Origin: an uncultured Nitrospinota bacterium | GTDB lineage: Bacteria > Tectomicrobia > Entotheonellia > J063 > CAVPRW01 | Direction: 5' to 3' | Assembly: GCA_963707985.1 (NCBI GenBank) | Contig: CAVPRW010000014.1 | Location: 32,001-96,000 of the forward strand | DNA: 64,000 nt | Part shown: one piece after another, positions 27,627 to 39,541 of the stretch | How positions within the stretch are numbered: position 1 is the stretch's first letter | How the letters are laid out: the number at the start of each line of letters is the position of its first letter | The notes under the pieces: model-generated | What the model saw: only the letters and a program-made list of their open reading frames with translations | Told to the model about the DNA's origin: nothing | Databases searched by the model: none | Made by a program: the position numbers and the translations under genes

Positions 27627-28575
27627 TCAGGCGGGGTTCAACACGAGCTTGCCGAAAAAACTCGACGCTTCCATCATCCGATGGGCCTCAACGGCCTGCG
27701 CCAGCGGAAACACTTGGGACACGATCCCCTGCACCTTGCCCTGGGCCACCACTTTCAAGAAGGCTCGCATGTCGTCGGGAGTGCCGCGGCCCACGCCCAT
27801 GATCGTCAATGCACGTGAGAAGACGCGCCCCAAATGCAGCTCGACGCGATGGCCCGCAGTCACGCCACAGGTGACAAAGCGACCACCGGGCTTCAGGCCT
27901 TCGAAGCAGGCATCCCACACGGGGGTACCGACATGTTCGAGGACGACGTCCACCCCTTCGCCACCAGTAAACGCCCGCACCCGCTCCAGGATGTCTTCAC
28001 GCGTGTAATCGATCCCGGCCTCTGCCCCCAGAGCGCGGGCTTTTTCCAGTTTTTCCGGACTGCTGGCCGTGGTGATCACGCGCGCGCCGAGGGTGCGACA
28101 CAGCTGAATGGCGAAGGTGCTGACACCACTGCCGGCAGCGGTAATGAATACCGATTCCCCTGGACGTACGCAGGCCCGGTTCATGACCATTTGCCAGGCG
28201 GTCAGACCTGCGACCGGTAACGTCGCACCTTGGTTAAAGGTGCACCCCTTCGGGAGGGGATAGACACGATCGCTTGGGGCGACCGCCAGCTCGGCATAGC
28301 CACCCCGCCCGTTGGCGATCACCTGAGCGCCTGGCTGGATCCTCTCGACGGCCTCACCGACTTGCACCACCTCTCCTGCGAAGTCACCCCCCAACACATG
28401 GGGCGGCGTCGATGCGAGTCCCATGTGAGCCTTCTCGCGTGAAGACGTCGAGGCGGTTGAGCGAACAGGCTCGCACGCGGATGAGGACCTCATTTGGACC
28501 GACAAATGGTTCGGGCAAATCCCCGAACTGCAAGACCTCAGGTGCACCTGTCTCCATCAAATACACTGCTTTCAT
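27627..28575 (-). CDS. MDR-family quinone oxidoreductase / alcohol dehydrogenase (frameshift near 28430)
   Basis: MKAV...SLNRLDV joined to PHVLGGDFAGEV, AAGSGV, FGKLVL. Confidence 0.85.
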
Positions 28576-28652
28576 CACGACACTCCCCGGCTAGGTGTCA
28601 AGTTCGCCACACGAAAACGCCGTAGACTATGTTAGCATAACCAGACGATATT

Positions 28653-28747
28653 CCCTCTCCCTCCGGGAGAGAGTTAGGGTGAGGGCAGCAGGGCATGACC
28701 GAGGGGTTGGGCTTCCCTCACCCCGGCCCTCTCCCAAAGGGAGAGGG
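28653..28747. repeat. Inverted pair of REP-like palindromes
   Basis: ccctctccctccgggagagagttagggtgaggg and ccctcaccccggccctctcccaaagggagaggg. Confidence 0.75.
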
Positions 28748-28908
28748 AGGTAAAAGGCGACGTCATGTGCACCATGCGCGAATGATGTTTTTTGGTTGCG
28801 ACGCCGGCTGTGTTGGGCAGAAATGGCTGATAAGACACGATGCAAGTATTGCATGCGTGAGTTGGAGTGGCAAGAGAGCAAACGCAATCGCAGCAGGAGA
28901 GGACAGCT

Positions 28909-29703
28909 ATGGCAGAGAGCCCCAAAATGTTGATGGAGAAAGAAGGAGCGCTGGGATGGATCACCTTTAACCAACCGGAGAAGCGCAACGCGGTCAGCCA
29001 GGAGATGTGGCAGATGATCCCGGATATCGTCAAGGATCTCGAAGAGGACGAAGAGATCCGCGTCATCATTCTGCGCGGTGCCGGTGATCAGGCATTCGTC
29101 GCGGGGGCCGATATCTCGCAATTCAAGGACCGCCGACGCAACATGGATGATGAGCTCGAGTACCGACGAGTATCCAGTCGCGGCTCGCAAAGCCTGACCA
29201 ATATTCGTAAGCCCTTGCTGGCGATGATCCATGGATATTGCATAGGGGGTGGTGTCGGCATCGCCATCACCTGTGATCTGCGCATCGCCTCGGATAGTGC
29301 ACGCTTCGGCGTCCCAGCCGCACGTCTAGGACTGGGGTATCATTATGATGGCATCGAAAAACTCATGCATCTGATCGGCCCCTCCAATGTCCTCGACATC
29401 TTTTACTCGGCTCGCACCGACTTCAGCGCCGCCGAGGCGCTGCGCATGGGATTGGTCAACCATGTGGTGCCACGCGCTGAGTTGGAGTCCTTCACCCGGC
29501 AGTACGCGTTACGGATCGCTGCTAACGCGCCGCTGACACAGCACACCGCCAAGGCCACCGTGCGTGAGCTGTTGCGCCCCGCCGAAATGCGCGATCTGAG
29601 CAAGCTCGATAAAATGCTGGCGGAGTGCTTCAACAGCGAGGATTATCAGGAAGGTGTCCGCGCCTTCAGCGAAAAGCGTCGACCGGTCTTCAAGGGTAAG
29701 TAA
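28909..29703 (+). CDS. Enoyl-CoA hydratase/isomerase
   Basis: FVAGADI, GYCIGGG, SEDYQEGVRAFSEKRRP. Confidence 0.9.
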   Translation: MAESPKMLMEKEGALGWITFNQPEKRNAVSQEMWQMIPDIVKDLEEDEEIRVIILRGAGDQAFVAGADISQFKDRRRNMDDELEYRRVSSRGSQSLTNIRKPLLAMIHGYCIGGGVGIAITCDLRIASDSARFGVPAARLGLGYHYDGIEKLMHLIGPSNVLDIFYSARTDFSAAEALRMGLVNHVVPRAELESFTRQYALRIAANAPLTQHTAKATVRELLRPAEMRDLSKLDKMLAECFNSEDYQEGVRAFSEKRRPVFKGK

Positions 29704-29734
29704 CCGGCAGCCTATGGGCATAGGCCCGGCGGGT

Positions 29735-30820
29735 TCAGTTTAAAAGGGCCTGCTGAGCACGCCGTAAGCCGGTGGCTTGAATGACCTCTGCATCGGTGCG
29801 CACAGCTTCGTCCAAGGTATGCGGCGGGCGGGCGATAAACGGGGCTGTGCGCACCGGACAATCCATGACATCACACTGAGCGCAGTAGGCCCGATGGCAT
29901 GGATCGATGTGGAAAACGATCTCGCCCTCGACACCGCAAGCGCTCATGACGCGGTCCTCAAAGCTCTCGGCCAGAACATGGGCGCGGTCGACCGGCCAGT
30001 ATTCCGGCACCACGAGATGCGCATCGACATGGGTAAAGCGCCCAGAGCGAATGGCCCGTAAATGGTGAATACGAATGATGCCTGGCATACGGTAGGCGTC
30101 GAACGTTTTGAGGAGCTTGCCGATCAGCTTGGTATCTTCTTCATCCAGCAGGCCACCAGCGGCGTGCCGTACCAGCTTGATCCCGGTCCACCCCAGATTC
30201 ACACCGACAATGGCCGCCACCAGCGGATCGAACCAGGCGATGCCGGTCAGACGCACCAAGAGGAGCCCGCCAATGACTCCCAGGCTAGTCCAAAAATCCG
30301 ACAGGACGTGTTTGCCATCAGCGATCAAGGTGAGCGACTGTGTAGCTTTTCCCGTGCGGATCAAGAACCAACCCAATGCCGCATTAGCCACACCGGCGGC
30401 AAAGGTGATCATGAGTCCAAGATCAAGCTGCCTTAGCTCGGGAGGCTTAAAGAACCCTTGCACAGCCTCATAAATGATCATAATTGCGGCAAAGGTGATC
30501 AGCCCCCCTTCGAATGTCGCCGCGAAATACTCTATTTTCCCATGACCATAGGGATGGTTGCGATCGGCTGGACGCCCGGCAAACAGCAGGCTGCCAATGG
30601 CAAACAGCGCCGCCACCACATTGACGATACTCTCCAGAGCATCGGACAGGACGGCGGTTGATCCGGTCAGGTGGTAGGCTAGAAACTTCACCCAGAGCAG
30701 CGCCACACCAACCGCCAGCGAAATCAGCCCAGCGCGCAGACGGATACGGGTATCGTGCTGGAGATGGAGTCGAGAGCTCTCTGCATTCTCGGCGCGGGGA
30801 TCAGGTGGCGTGTCTGACAT
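29735..30820 (-). CDS. Cation diffusion facilitator transporter
   Basis: SDALES, HPYGHGKIEY, ADGKHVLSD; Cys-rich tail. Confidence 0.9.
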   Translation of the reverse strand: MSDTPPDPRAENAESSRLHLQHDTRIRLRAGLISLAVGVALLWVKFLAYHLTGSTAVLSDALESIVNVVAALFAIGSLLFAGRPADRNHPYGHGKIEYFAATFEGGLITFAAIMIIYEAVQGFFKPPELRQLDLGLMITFAAGVANAALGWFLIRTGKATQSLTLIADGKHVLSDFWTSLGVIGGLLLVRLTGIAWFDPLVAAIVGVNLGWTGIKLVRHAAGGLLDEEDTKLIGKLLKTFDAYRMPGIIRIHHLRAIRSGRFTHVDAHLVVPEYWPVDRAHVLAESFEDRVMSACGVEGEIVFHIDPCHRAYCAQCDVMDCPVRTAPFIARPPHTLDEAVRTDAEVIQATGLRRAQQALLN

Positions 30821-30994
30821 ACGCTCCTCCCTGGAAGTGCCTCGGCTAGGTCCATAGGGGATTACCCGAATTGTAGTCGCTGTGCGAGAGATTGGTAAAG
30901 GGAAAAACTCGTCTTGACCCATATCTCCGAGCTGGCTAGGATGGCAGGGATTTATCTTTCCCTGTGAGCAACTCATACGAGAGGCGAGCCAACC

Positions 30995-32032
30995 ATGCAA
31001 TGTGGTCTGTTCACCGAATTGCAGTGTCCAGAAGGACGTCAGGAGTCCCAGTTATACGACGAGCTCCTCGAGCAAATCACCGAGGCCGAAGCGCTCGGGT
31101 TCGAGGCTATGTGGATGGCGGAGCTGCACTTCCACCGCCGCTTCTCGATCCTGTCGGCGCCACTGTTGACTGCCGCGGCCGCGGCGCAGCGTACCCAACG
31201 GCTGCGGCTGGGCATCGCGGTCAATTTGCTTCCCCTGCATCATCCCGTCAGGCTGGCCGAGGAAGGGGCGGTATTGGATGTCCTCAGCCACGGACGCCTG
31301 GATTTTGGCGTCGGGCGAGGGCACCCGTTTCCTGGCGTTTATGACAACTTTCATATCTCACCGGCGCAGAGCCGGGGGCGCTTTGCGGAGGCGCTCGACA
31401 TCCTGATCGGCGCTTGGACGCGCGAGCCCTTCAATTACCAGGGGGAATATTTTCAGATATCCGACTTGACTGTAGTCCCCAAACCGGTCCAGCAGCCGCA
31501 TCCGCCCGTCTTTGTCGCGGCTGGAAGTCCGGAAACGTACGCGGCCACGGGTCAGCGCGGACTCGGTATTCTCGTCCCAGGCCATGTTCAGCCCATGGAA
31601 GCACTGCAGGAAAACCTGGCCCACTATGGGGAGGCCGGGCGCGCAGCTGGGCATGCAGACCAACTACGGGTGACCTTTCTCATGCCCATCTATGTGGCGG
31701 AGAGCCAGCAGCAAGCTGAGGCGGAGCCCGAGCCCCATGTCATGTATTATTACAATGTGCTCGGCGGGCTGTTGTCGGGGGAGTTTCCGGAAAGTTATCA
31801 GCGCTATGGCGAGTCGCGCCGTCGCCTGGGGACCCTTAGCTACGACACCATCCGACGCGAGCGTGCCATCTTCGGAGAGCCTTCATATTGTCTCGAACGC
31901 ATACACCACATTCGCGAGGTGCTCGGAGTCCAGCAAATCATGGCCTGGATGAATATCGGCGGCATGCCCCACGACAAGGTGTTACGCTCGATGCAGCTGT
32001 TTGCTGAACGGGTGTTGCCGGCGATCGCATAG
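30995..32032 (+). CDS. LLM-class flavin-dependent oxidoreductase
   Basis: WMAELHF, HPVRLAEE, GRLDFGVGRG, PKPVQQPHPP. Confidence 0.9.
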   Translation: MQCGLFTELQCPEGRQESQLYDELLEQITEAEALGFEAMWMAELHFHRRFSILSAPLLTAAAAAQRTQRLRLGIAVNLLPLHHPVRLAEEGAVLDVLSHGRLDFGVGRGHPFPGVYDNFHISPAQSRGRFAEALDILIGAWTREPFNYQGEYFQISDLTVVPKPVQQPHPPVFVAAGSPETYAATGQRGLGILVPGHVQPMEALQENLAHYGEAGRAAGHADQLRVTFLMPIYVAESQQQAEAEPEPHVMYYYNVLGGLLSGEFPESYQRYGESRRRLGTLSYDTIRRERAIFGEPSYCLERIHHIREVLGVQQIMAWMNIGGMPHDKVLRSMQLFAERVLPAIA

Positions 32033-32038
32033 GACCTT

Positions 32039-32677
32039 TCACCGTCCGATCGCAGCCCTGCGCAGCGTGGTACCGCCGGCCCACAACCGGCGGCCATAGA
32101 GGTCCCACAGCCGGTAAGCCAGGAGGACCCCCAGAATACCGCCATATAGCAGTGGTTGTTGGATATCGGCTTTGACCAGCCAGAGGTAATGCACTACCCC
32201 GCCAATGGCAGTAACATACACCAGCCGGTGCAGGCGCTGCCACCATTTGCCGCCCAGCCGTTTGATCATGGCGGTCGTGGAGGTTACGGCCAGGGGGATT
32301 AGTAGGACAAAGCTCGTGAAACCGACGGTGATGAAAGGGCGGTCCATGACGTCGGCAATGATGTCTTCGATCACGAAGAATTGGTCAAGCCAGATATACG
32401 TCAAGAAATGCAGGCTGCCATAGAAAAAGGCGAACAGCCCCAGCATCCGGCGTAGCTGGATCAAGCGGTTCCAGCCGGTGAGGCGACGCACAGGTGTCAC
32501 GGCCAGGGTGATCAGGAGCAAGCGTAGCGTCCAGATACCGGTCCGGTCGGTGATCTCGTCGATAGGATTGGCGCCGAGGTTATGACTCAGCGCCTGCCCT
32601 GCCAATACCGCCAGCGGCAGCAGACAGGCGCCGAACGCACCAACCTTGAGCAGGGGCTGCTTCCACGCGTCCATCAT
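32039..32677 (-). CDS. msrQ: Methionine sulfoxide reductase haem subunit
   Basis: LGANP, RRMLGLFAFFY, WQRLHRLVY; adjacent to msrP. Confidence 0.92.
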   Translation of the reverse strand: MMDAWKQPLLKVGAFGACLLPLAVLAGQALSHNLGANPIDEITDRTGIWTLRLLLITLAVTPVRRLTGWNRLIQLRRMLGLFAFFYGSLHFLTYIWLDQFFVIEDIIADVMDRPFITVGFTSFVLLIPLAVTSTTAMIKRLGGKWWQRLHRLVYVTAIGGVVHYLWLVKADIQQPLLYGGILGVLLAYRLWDLYGRRLWAGGTTLRRAAIGR

Positions 32678-32693
32678 GGCGGCCTCTTCCAAG

Positions 32694-33653
<960 letters not shown>

Positions 33654-33876
33654 TGGGTTTCCCCTTCTTGTGACATTGTTAATCTAAATTCATCCACTGC
33701 TGTTGTCCTCACTACCACGCCACCTTTTCATATTGTCAACGTCAGGAGGGGAGAGAAGGTTCCAGCAGCACTGACTCCTTCTACATCACTTGACGAAAAC
33801 GTCTCTCGCATCATCTTATTTCCTCTTCAACCCATGCAGCTCGACTGTTGGTGGCACGGCAATAGGCTCCAGTCGG

Positions 33877-34953
33877 TCATTTGGGAACAGTTCCAACCAC
33901 GCCATCGACGAACCAATTCATGCCAAGCAAGATTTCGTCGGTCGGTTTTTCACCAGCGGCGATGCGCAACTTTCCGAACTGATCCTTGATGGGACCCCAG
34001 AAGACGTCGAAGTGGCCCGCCATCAGGTCCTGTTGGCGCTGTGCAACGAGGTTTTTGAGCGTATCGGTGACCACCGGCCCAAAGGGTGACAGCCTCACAA
34101 TGCCAGTGCCGATGGGCCACCAATCAGCGGTACTCTTCCAGGTCCCAGCGCGCACCTGCTTGACCGCCTCCACGTAATATGGCCCCCAGTTCCAGATGGC
34201 GGAGGTGAGGTGTTTGGTCGGAGCAAATTTGCTGGCATCAGCATTGAAGCCCACGCTGTAGGCTCCACGCCGCTCCGCTGTCTGCACGGGTGCGGGCGAG
34301 TCGCTCTGGGTAGCGATCACATCAACCCCGATGTCGAGCAGGCTATTGGCCGCTTCGCTTTCAGTCGCGGGATCATACCAGGCATTGGTCCAGACGACAT
34401 GGACACTGACTTCGGGGTTGACCGCACGCACCCCCTGCACAAAGGCATTGGTGATGCGAATCACTTCCGGGATGGGAATAGGGGCAACGTACCCGATGCG
34501 CTGCTTCTGCGTCACCGTGCCAGCTACCAGGCCGGCCAAGTAACTGGCTTGGTACATGCGGCCAAAGTAGGTGCCCATGTTGGCCCGGCGCTTATGCCCG
34601 GCGCAGTGGAGGAAGACGACATCGGGAAAGCGTTCGGCCACTTTCAGCATGGTATCCATATAGCCATAGCTGGTCGCAAAGATCACCTTGTGGCCGGCCC
34701 GCGCCAATTGCGTCAGCACTCGCTCCGCATCAGCCCCCTCTGGGACTGACTCGACATAAGTCGTCTTGACATCCGGTAGGGTGGTCTCCAGATATTTGCG
34801 CCCTTGATCGTGGGCATAGCTCCAGCCATAGTCACCGACTGGACCGACGTAGATGAACCCCACCTTCAGAGCCTCCGGTGTACCGCCAGCCGCGCCAAGG
34901 GCTGAGGCCAACAGGGTAATGACCATGACTGTAAGCGATTTTGCCGTTGTCAT
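33877..34953 (-). CDS. BMP-family ABC substrate-binding protein (purine/nucleoside)
   Basis: GFIYVGPVGDYGWSYAHDQG. Confidence 0.9.
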   Translation of the reverse strand: MTTAKSLTVMVITLLASALGAAGGTPEALKVGFIYVGPVGDYGWSYAHDQGRKYLETTLPDVKTTYVESVPEGADAERVLTQLARAGHKVIFATSYGYMDTMLKVAERFPDVVFLHCAGHKRRANMGTYFGRMYQASYLAGLVAGTVTQKQRIGYVAPIPIPEVIRITNAFVQGVRAVNPEVSVHVVWTNAWYDPATESEAANSLLDIGVDVIATQSDSPAPVQTAERRGAYSVGFNADASKFAPTKHLTSAIWNWGPYYVEAVKQVRAGTWKSTADWWPIGTGIVRLSPFGPVVTDTLKNLVAQRQQDLMAGHFDVFWGPIKDQFGKLRIAAGEKPTDEILLGMNWFVDGVVGTVPK

Positions 34954-35005
34954 GCCTTATGATGCCTCCAGTGGAAGAAAGGTTTCACATCTATCTACGT
35001 TGCCA

Positions 35006-35932
35006 TCACTCGCCTCGGATGTATGCCGTCCCCAACGCGGTTGGGGTGCCGGAGCGCCCCTGCGTCCTCCTGGTGCTGGCGATGAGCAAGGCCAGGATCG
35101 TGAAGGCATATGGTGTCATCATCAGCACATAGGTCGGCACGGCGAGGCCAATTGCCTGCAGGCGAAGTTGCAGGGCCTGTACCCCTCCGAAGAGGTAAGC
35201 TCCCAAAGCGGTGCCCAGCGGATTCCAACCGCCAAAGATCACCATGGCCAGGGCAACCCAGCCCCGGCCCGCCGTCATCTGGTCGACCCACATTTGCGTA
35301 TACGCCAGTGATAGATAGGCGCCCCCAAGTCCCGCCGCCAATCCTCCGGCCAACACACAGCTATACCGTACCGCCACGACGCTGATGCCCAGGGCGTCCG
35401 CACTCCTCGGCTGTTCTCCCACCGCTCTGAGCTTGAGACCCGGTTGCGTCCGATAGAGGAACACCCATAGACCGGGCAGCAGGAAGTACGTCACGTAGAC
35501 CAGGAGGTCTTGGTGAAAAAATATGCTGCCAAGGATAGGGACATCCACCAACCACGGGACCGCGATGGGAGCTAAACCCTGGGTAGGAACACCAATGAAC
35601 GGTCTTCCTATGAGGCCACTGAGGCCGGTGCCAAAAATCACCAACGCCAAGCCACTGCCGACCTGGTTGGCGTGCAGGCTGATGCTCAAGAAGGCGTGCA
35701 CAGAGCTCATGAGCACCCCGGCCACGGCAGCCGCTAACACTCCGACCCAGGGCTCTCCGCTCTGCTGGCTGACGATGAATCCGGTCAGGGCGCCGACCAG
35801 CATCATCCCCTCCACACCGAGATTGAGGATTCCAGCGCGTTCAGCCAGTAACTCCCCCAGGGCAGCGAGCAGGATAGGCGTGCCGGCGCGCACAGCCGCC
35901 TCCAGGAGTAATGGGACGAGCGCCAGCTCCAT
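35006..35932 (-). CDS. Nucleoside ABC transporter permease
   Basis: ERAGILNLGVEGMM, GRGWVALAMV. Confidence 0.9.
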   Translation of the reverse strand: MELALVPLLLEAAVRAGTPILLAALGELLAERAGILNLGVEGMMLVGALTGFIVSQQSGEPWVGVLAAAVAGVLMSSVHAFLSISLHANQVGSGLALVIFGTGLSGLIGRPFIGVPTQGLAPIAVPWLVDVPILGSIFFHQDLLVYVTYFLLPGLWVFLYRTQPGLKLRAVGEQPRSADALGISVVAVRYSCVLAGGLAAGLGGAYLSLAYTQMWVDQMTAGRGWVALAMVIFGGWNPLGTALGAYLFGGVQALQLRLQAIGLAVPTYVLMMTPYAFTILALLIASTRRTQGRSGTPTALGTAYIRGE

Positions 35933-35933
35933 C

Positions 35934-37001
35934 CTATCTGGTCTCCTTCCGCACCAACCGATAACTGATCAGGAACTCAACACCGAGGACCGCGAACAAG
36001 ATCAGTCCCTGCAGCAGATAGGCCACCGCTACCGGTAAGTTCATCGTAATCTGCAGCATATCGCTGCCAACCAGGAGGCCGCCGAGGAGCACGCTGACCA
36101 CGATAGTCGCCCAGGGATCGAGCCGCGCCAGCCAGGCCACGATAATCGCCGTATAGCCATAACCAGGGGAGAGCCCATGTTTGAGCTGTCCTTGGACACC
36201 GGCCACTTCACAGACACCCGCCAGCGCCGCCAATCCACCGCTCAGCGCCATGACCAGCCACGTGGTTCGGGTCAGGTTCATCCCGGCATAGCGTGCGGCG
36301 CTGGGGCTGAGGCCAATCATGCGGATCTCATAGCCGAGGCGCGTATGATTGAGCAGCACGGCCAGCCCGGCGGCCGCCAGTAACCCGAGCAGCAGGCCCA
36401 GGTGCATGCGACTCCCCGGCATGGACGGTAGGCGCGCCGTTGGGGCCAAGGGAGGCGCGAACGGGAAGCCAAACGCCCGAGGATCTTTCCAGGGGCCATA
36501 GACGAGAAAATCGACCCACAGAATAGCGATGTAATTGCACATGAGGCTGGTGATGATTTCATGCACACGCCAGCGGGTTCGGAGTACAGCCGGAATGAAG
36601 CCCCAGAACGCACCTGCCAAACATCCCACGACGATCATCAAGGGTTGGAGCAGGGGGGCGGGTAACGCAGGGTAGGTGAGGGCGATCCACGTCCCTCCCA
36701 TCGCTCCCATATAGAGCTGGCCCTCGGCCCCAATGTTCCAAACACCTGCGCGAAAGGCCACCCCAACCCCCAAGCCGGCAAGGAGCAGTGGGGTGGCTTT
36801 TACCAGCGTCTCGGAGAGACCATAGCCACTACCAAAGGCACCTCGCGCCATTTCCAGATAGGCTTCCCCTGGATGTGTGCCCACACACGCCAGCACGATG
36901 GCGCCCAGGAGCAGGCCGATGCCGATGGCCACAGCCGCTAATAGAGACGGCAGCCGTGACGACGGAGCGGGCCGCTTTTCCAACGCCACAGGCCAGCTCA
37001 T
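35934..37001 (-). CDS. Nucleoside ABC transporter permease
   Basis: WNIGAEGQ, GYGYTAIIVAWL. Confidence 0.9.
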   Translation of the reverse strand: MSWPVALEKRPAPSSRLPSLLAAVAIGIGLLLGAIVLACVGTHPGEAYLEMARGAFGSGYGLSETLVKATPLLLAGLGVGVAFRAGVWNIGAEGQLYMGAMGGTWIALTYPALPAPLLQPLMIVVGCLAGAFWGFIPAVLRTRWRVHEIITSLMCNYIAILWVDFLVYGPWKDPRAFGFPFAPPLAPTARLPSMPGSRMHLGLLLGLLAAAGLAVLLNHTRLGYEIRMIGLSPSAARYAGMNLTRTTWLVMALSGGLAALAGVCEVAGVQGQLKHGLSPGYGYTAIIVAWLARLDPWATIVVSVLLGGLLVGSDMLQITMNLPVAVAYLLQGLILFAVLGVEFLISYRLVRKETR

Positions 37002-38545
37002 GGGCTGCGTTCCGCCAGCGTCGGACTGGCGAGCGCACGGCCACCCGACATCATCAACCCTAGTTGGGCAGCATCGGTTTCTGCCGCTCTGAAACAGGCA
37101 GCGATTTCTCCTGCATAGATAACGGCGATACGGTCGGCAAGAGTGATGAGCTCATCCAGGTCTTCAGAGATCAGGAGAGTGGCGCAACCTCGCTGGCGTT
37201 GCTCCAGGAGTAGGTGATGGATGGTCTCAACGGCGCTCACATCGAGCCCACGAGTCGGACTGCAGGCGATCAGCAGGGTGGGCTGTGTCGCGAGCTCTCG
37301 GGCCAGCAACAGACGTTGTTGATTGCCGCCCGATAGGACACTGGCCGGGGCGTCAAGCCGCGACACGTTCATCCCATATGTAGCGAGCAGACGGCGTGCC
37401 TCAGCGGCGGCCTGGGCGTAATTCAGAAAAGGCCCTTGGGCCAGTGGCGGCCTGCGGTAGGACTTCAGCAAGAGATTATCGAGGATGCTGGCGCGGGGGG
37501 CCAGCCCCATCCCCTGACGGTCCTCGGGGACATAACTCACACCGTGTCTGATAATCGTCTCGGGGCTGGCATTGGTCATGTCTGCGTCACTGATCCGCAC
37601 CGTGCCTGCCATCGCCCGTCGCAACCCAACGATCACTTCGGCGAGCTCACGTTGCCCATTACCGGCAACTCCTGCGATCCCCAGAATCTCCCCACGTCGC
37701 ACATCAAGAGAGGCTCGACGAAGGGCCCACCCCCCTCGGTCATTCTGGGCGCTCACCCCTGTCAGGGACAACTCCACCGGCGCCGCAGCCTGTGGTGGTC
37801 GACTGGGTGGGGCTGGCAGGTCGCCCCCGATCATCCAGCGTGCCAGGTCGGACTTACCGACCGCCGCCGGGACAGGGTTCGCCACCACCCGTCCATGCCT
37901 GAGGACTGTGATGCGGTCGGCAACGCTCAGGGCCTCGGCCAATTTGTGGGTGATCAGGATGACGGCGTGACCGGCGGCGGCGAGCTTACGCATCGTCTGC
38001 AAGAGGGCCTCGCTCTCCTGTGGCGTGAGCACGGCTGTGGGCTCATCCAGGATCAGGATGCGGGCGCGTCGGTGCAGGAGCTTGAGAATCTCGACGCGCT
38101 CCTGCTCACCGACTGACAGTTGCCAGACGTGGCTGTTGGGGTCCACCCCTAACCGATACTCCTCGGCAAGCTCTTGGACGGCAGCCGCCAACCACTTGCG
38201 GCGAAAAAACAGATGTGAGCTCGGGTCAGCTAGCGCGATGTTCTCGGCCACCGTGAGCGAGGGAATCAGTGTGAAGTGTTGGAAGACCATGCCAATGCCG
38301 GCACGAATCGCGTCCTTAGGGGAGCGTAGCACCGTCCGCTGGCCGTCGATCCCGATCTCACCAGCATCGGGCGACTGCAGACCATAGAGAACATGCATCA
38401 GCGTCGTCTTGCCGGCGCCATTTTCGCCGAGGAGGGCGTGGATCTCACCGGGATAGACGCGCAGATCGACCCGGTCGCAGGCAATGATGCCCGGAAAACG
38501 CTTCGTGATGCCACGCAACTCGGCCAGTGGGGAGGGATCGCTCAT
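36998..38545 (-). CDS. ABC transporter ATP-binding protein (two ATPase domains)
   Basis: GENGAGKTT, LSVGE, LSGGNQQ. Confidence 0.9.
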   Translation of the reverse strand: MSDPSPLAELRGITKRFPGIIACDRVDLRVYPGEIHALLGENGAGKTTLMHVLYGLQSPDAGEIGIDGQRTVLRSPKDAIRAGIGMVFQHFTLIPSLTVAENIALADPSSHLFFRRKWLAAAVQELAEEYRLGVDPNSHVWQLSVGEQERVEILKLLHRRARILILDEPTAVLTPQESEALLQTMRKLAAAGHAVILITHKLAEALSVADRITVLRHGRVVANPVPAAVGKSDLARWMIGGDLPAPPSRPPQAAAPVELSLTGVSAQNDRGGWALRRASLDVRRGEILGIAGVAGNGQRELAEVIVGLRRAMAGTVRISDADMTNASPETIIRHGVSYVPEDRQGMGLAPRASILDNLLLKSYRRPPLAQGPFLNYAQAAAEARRLLATYGMNVSRLDAPASVLSGGNQQRLLLARELATQPTLLIACSPTRGLDVSAVETIHHLLLEQRQRGCATLLISEDLDELITLADRIAVIYAGEIAACFRAAETDAAQLGLMMSGGRALASPTLAERSP

Positions 38546-38805
38546 ATGCCTGCCTGGCTCTCGCAACACGGACTGATGATATATTGCATGCCGCCTGGGC
38601 TGTGCTTTTGCTTCTATCATGGCTATGGATCTGGGTCAAGCCGCTTGTGTTCAGTCTGCCAACACGATATCTTTCCTAGCTGGTATCCGTCCTAGCGGGT
38701 GCATGGCATCGCTTCGGTAACCTATTCCGGCAAGCAAGAGCCTGAAAGCGAGAGCCTATCCGACCCGTCTTGCATGGGTATATAGCGATGAGCGGAGTAA
38801 GCAGG

Positions 38806-39465
38806 ATGGCAACCGTCCTTAGCCCAACAGACCAACGGGTCATCATGACGGGTGTGAGTTGGCAGACGTACGAGCGCCTGTTAGCGGATTTTCGCGACAG
38901 TCATGCCGCGAGGATGGCCTTTGACCAGGGAACATTAGAAATCATGGCTCCATCGTTTGCCCATGAGCGCCCGCTGCATCTGATCGTCCAAATTATTGAA
39001 ATTATTGCTGAAGTCCATAACATGGATATGGTCAGTGCAGGCTCAACGACTTTCAAACGCGAGAATTTGGGGCGAGGCTTTGAGCCGGATGCATCGTTTT
39101 ACATTCAGCATGCTGGCGATGTACGTAGTCATGCCGCGATCGATGTAGTTAGCGATCTTCCTCCCGACCTCGTGATCGAGATCGATATCACCCATCCCTC
39201 TCTCGATAAGCTCCCTATCTATGCCGCGATCGGCATCCCCGAAGTCTGGCGATATGCCGAACAGAGGAGCACGATCTACCGGCATCATGCTGACGGCTAT
39301 ACGGTTGAGGACAGTAGCACGGTGCTGCCTGGCGTCACAAGTCATCAGGTGACGCAATTGGTGGAAATGGGATACGAACTACCGCGTCCTACGTGGCTAC
39401 GCCATGTCCGGGCATGGGCAGAGGGTCAACTGCAGAACCCGGGAGGGGGGACAAGCAATATTTGA
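38806..39465 (+). CDS. Uma2-family endonuclease
   Basis: VSWQTYE, EPDASFY, PPDLVIEID, GIPEVW. Confidence 0.9.
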   Translation: MATVLSPTDQRVIMTGVSWQTYERLLADFRDSHAARMAFDQGTLEIMAPSFAHERPLHLIVQIIEIIAEVHNMDMVSAGSTTFKRENLGRGFEPDASFYIQHAGDVRSHAAIDVVSDLPPDLVIEIDITHPSLDKLPIYAAIGIPEVWRYAEQRSTIYRHHADGYTVEDSSTVLPGVTSHQVTQLVEMGYELPRPTWLRHVRAWAEGQLQNPGGGTSNI

Positions 39466-39541
39466 CACAAATGTCTTCCAGATAGGAGACCTTTCGCCGC
39501 TATGAATGCATCTTCGGTCCTCACTGGGAGGAGCAATGATC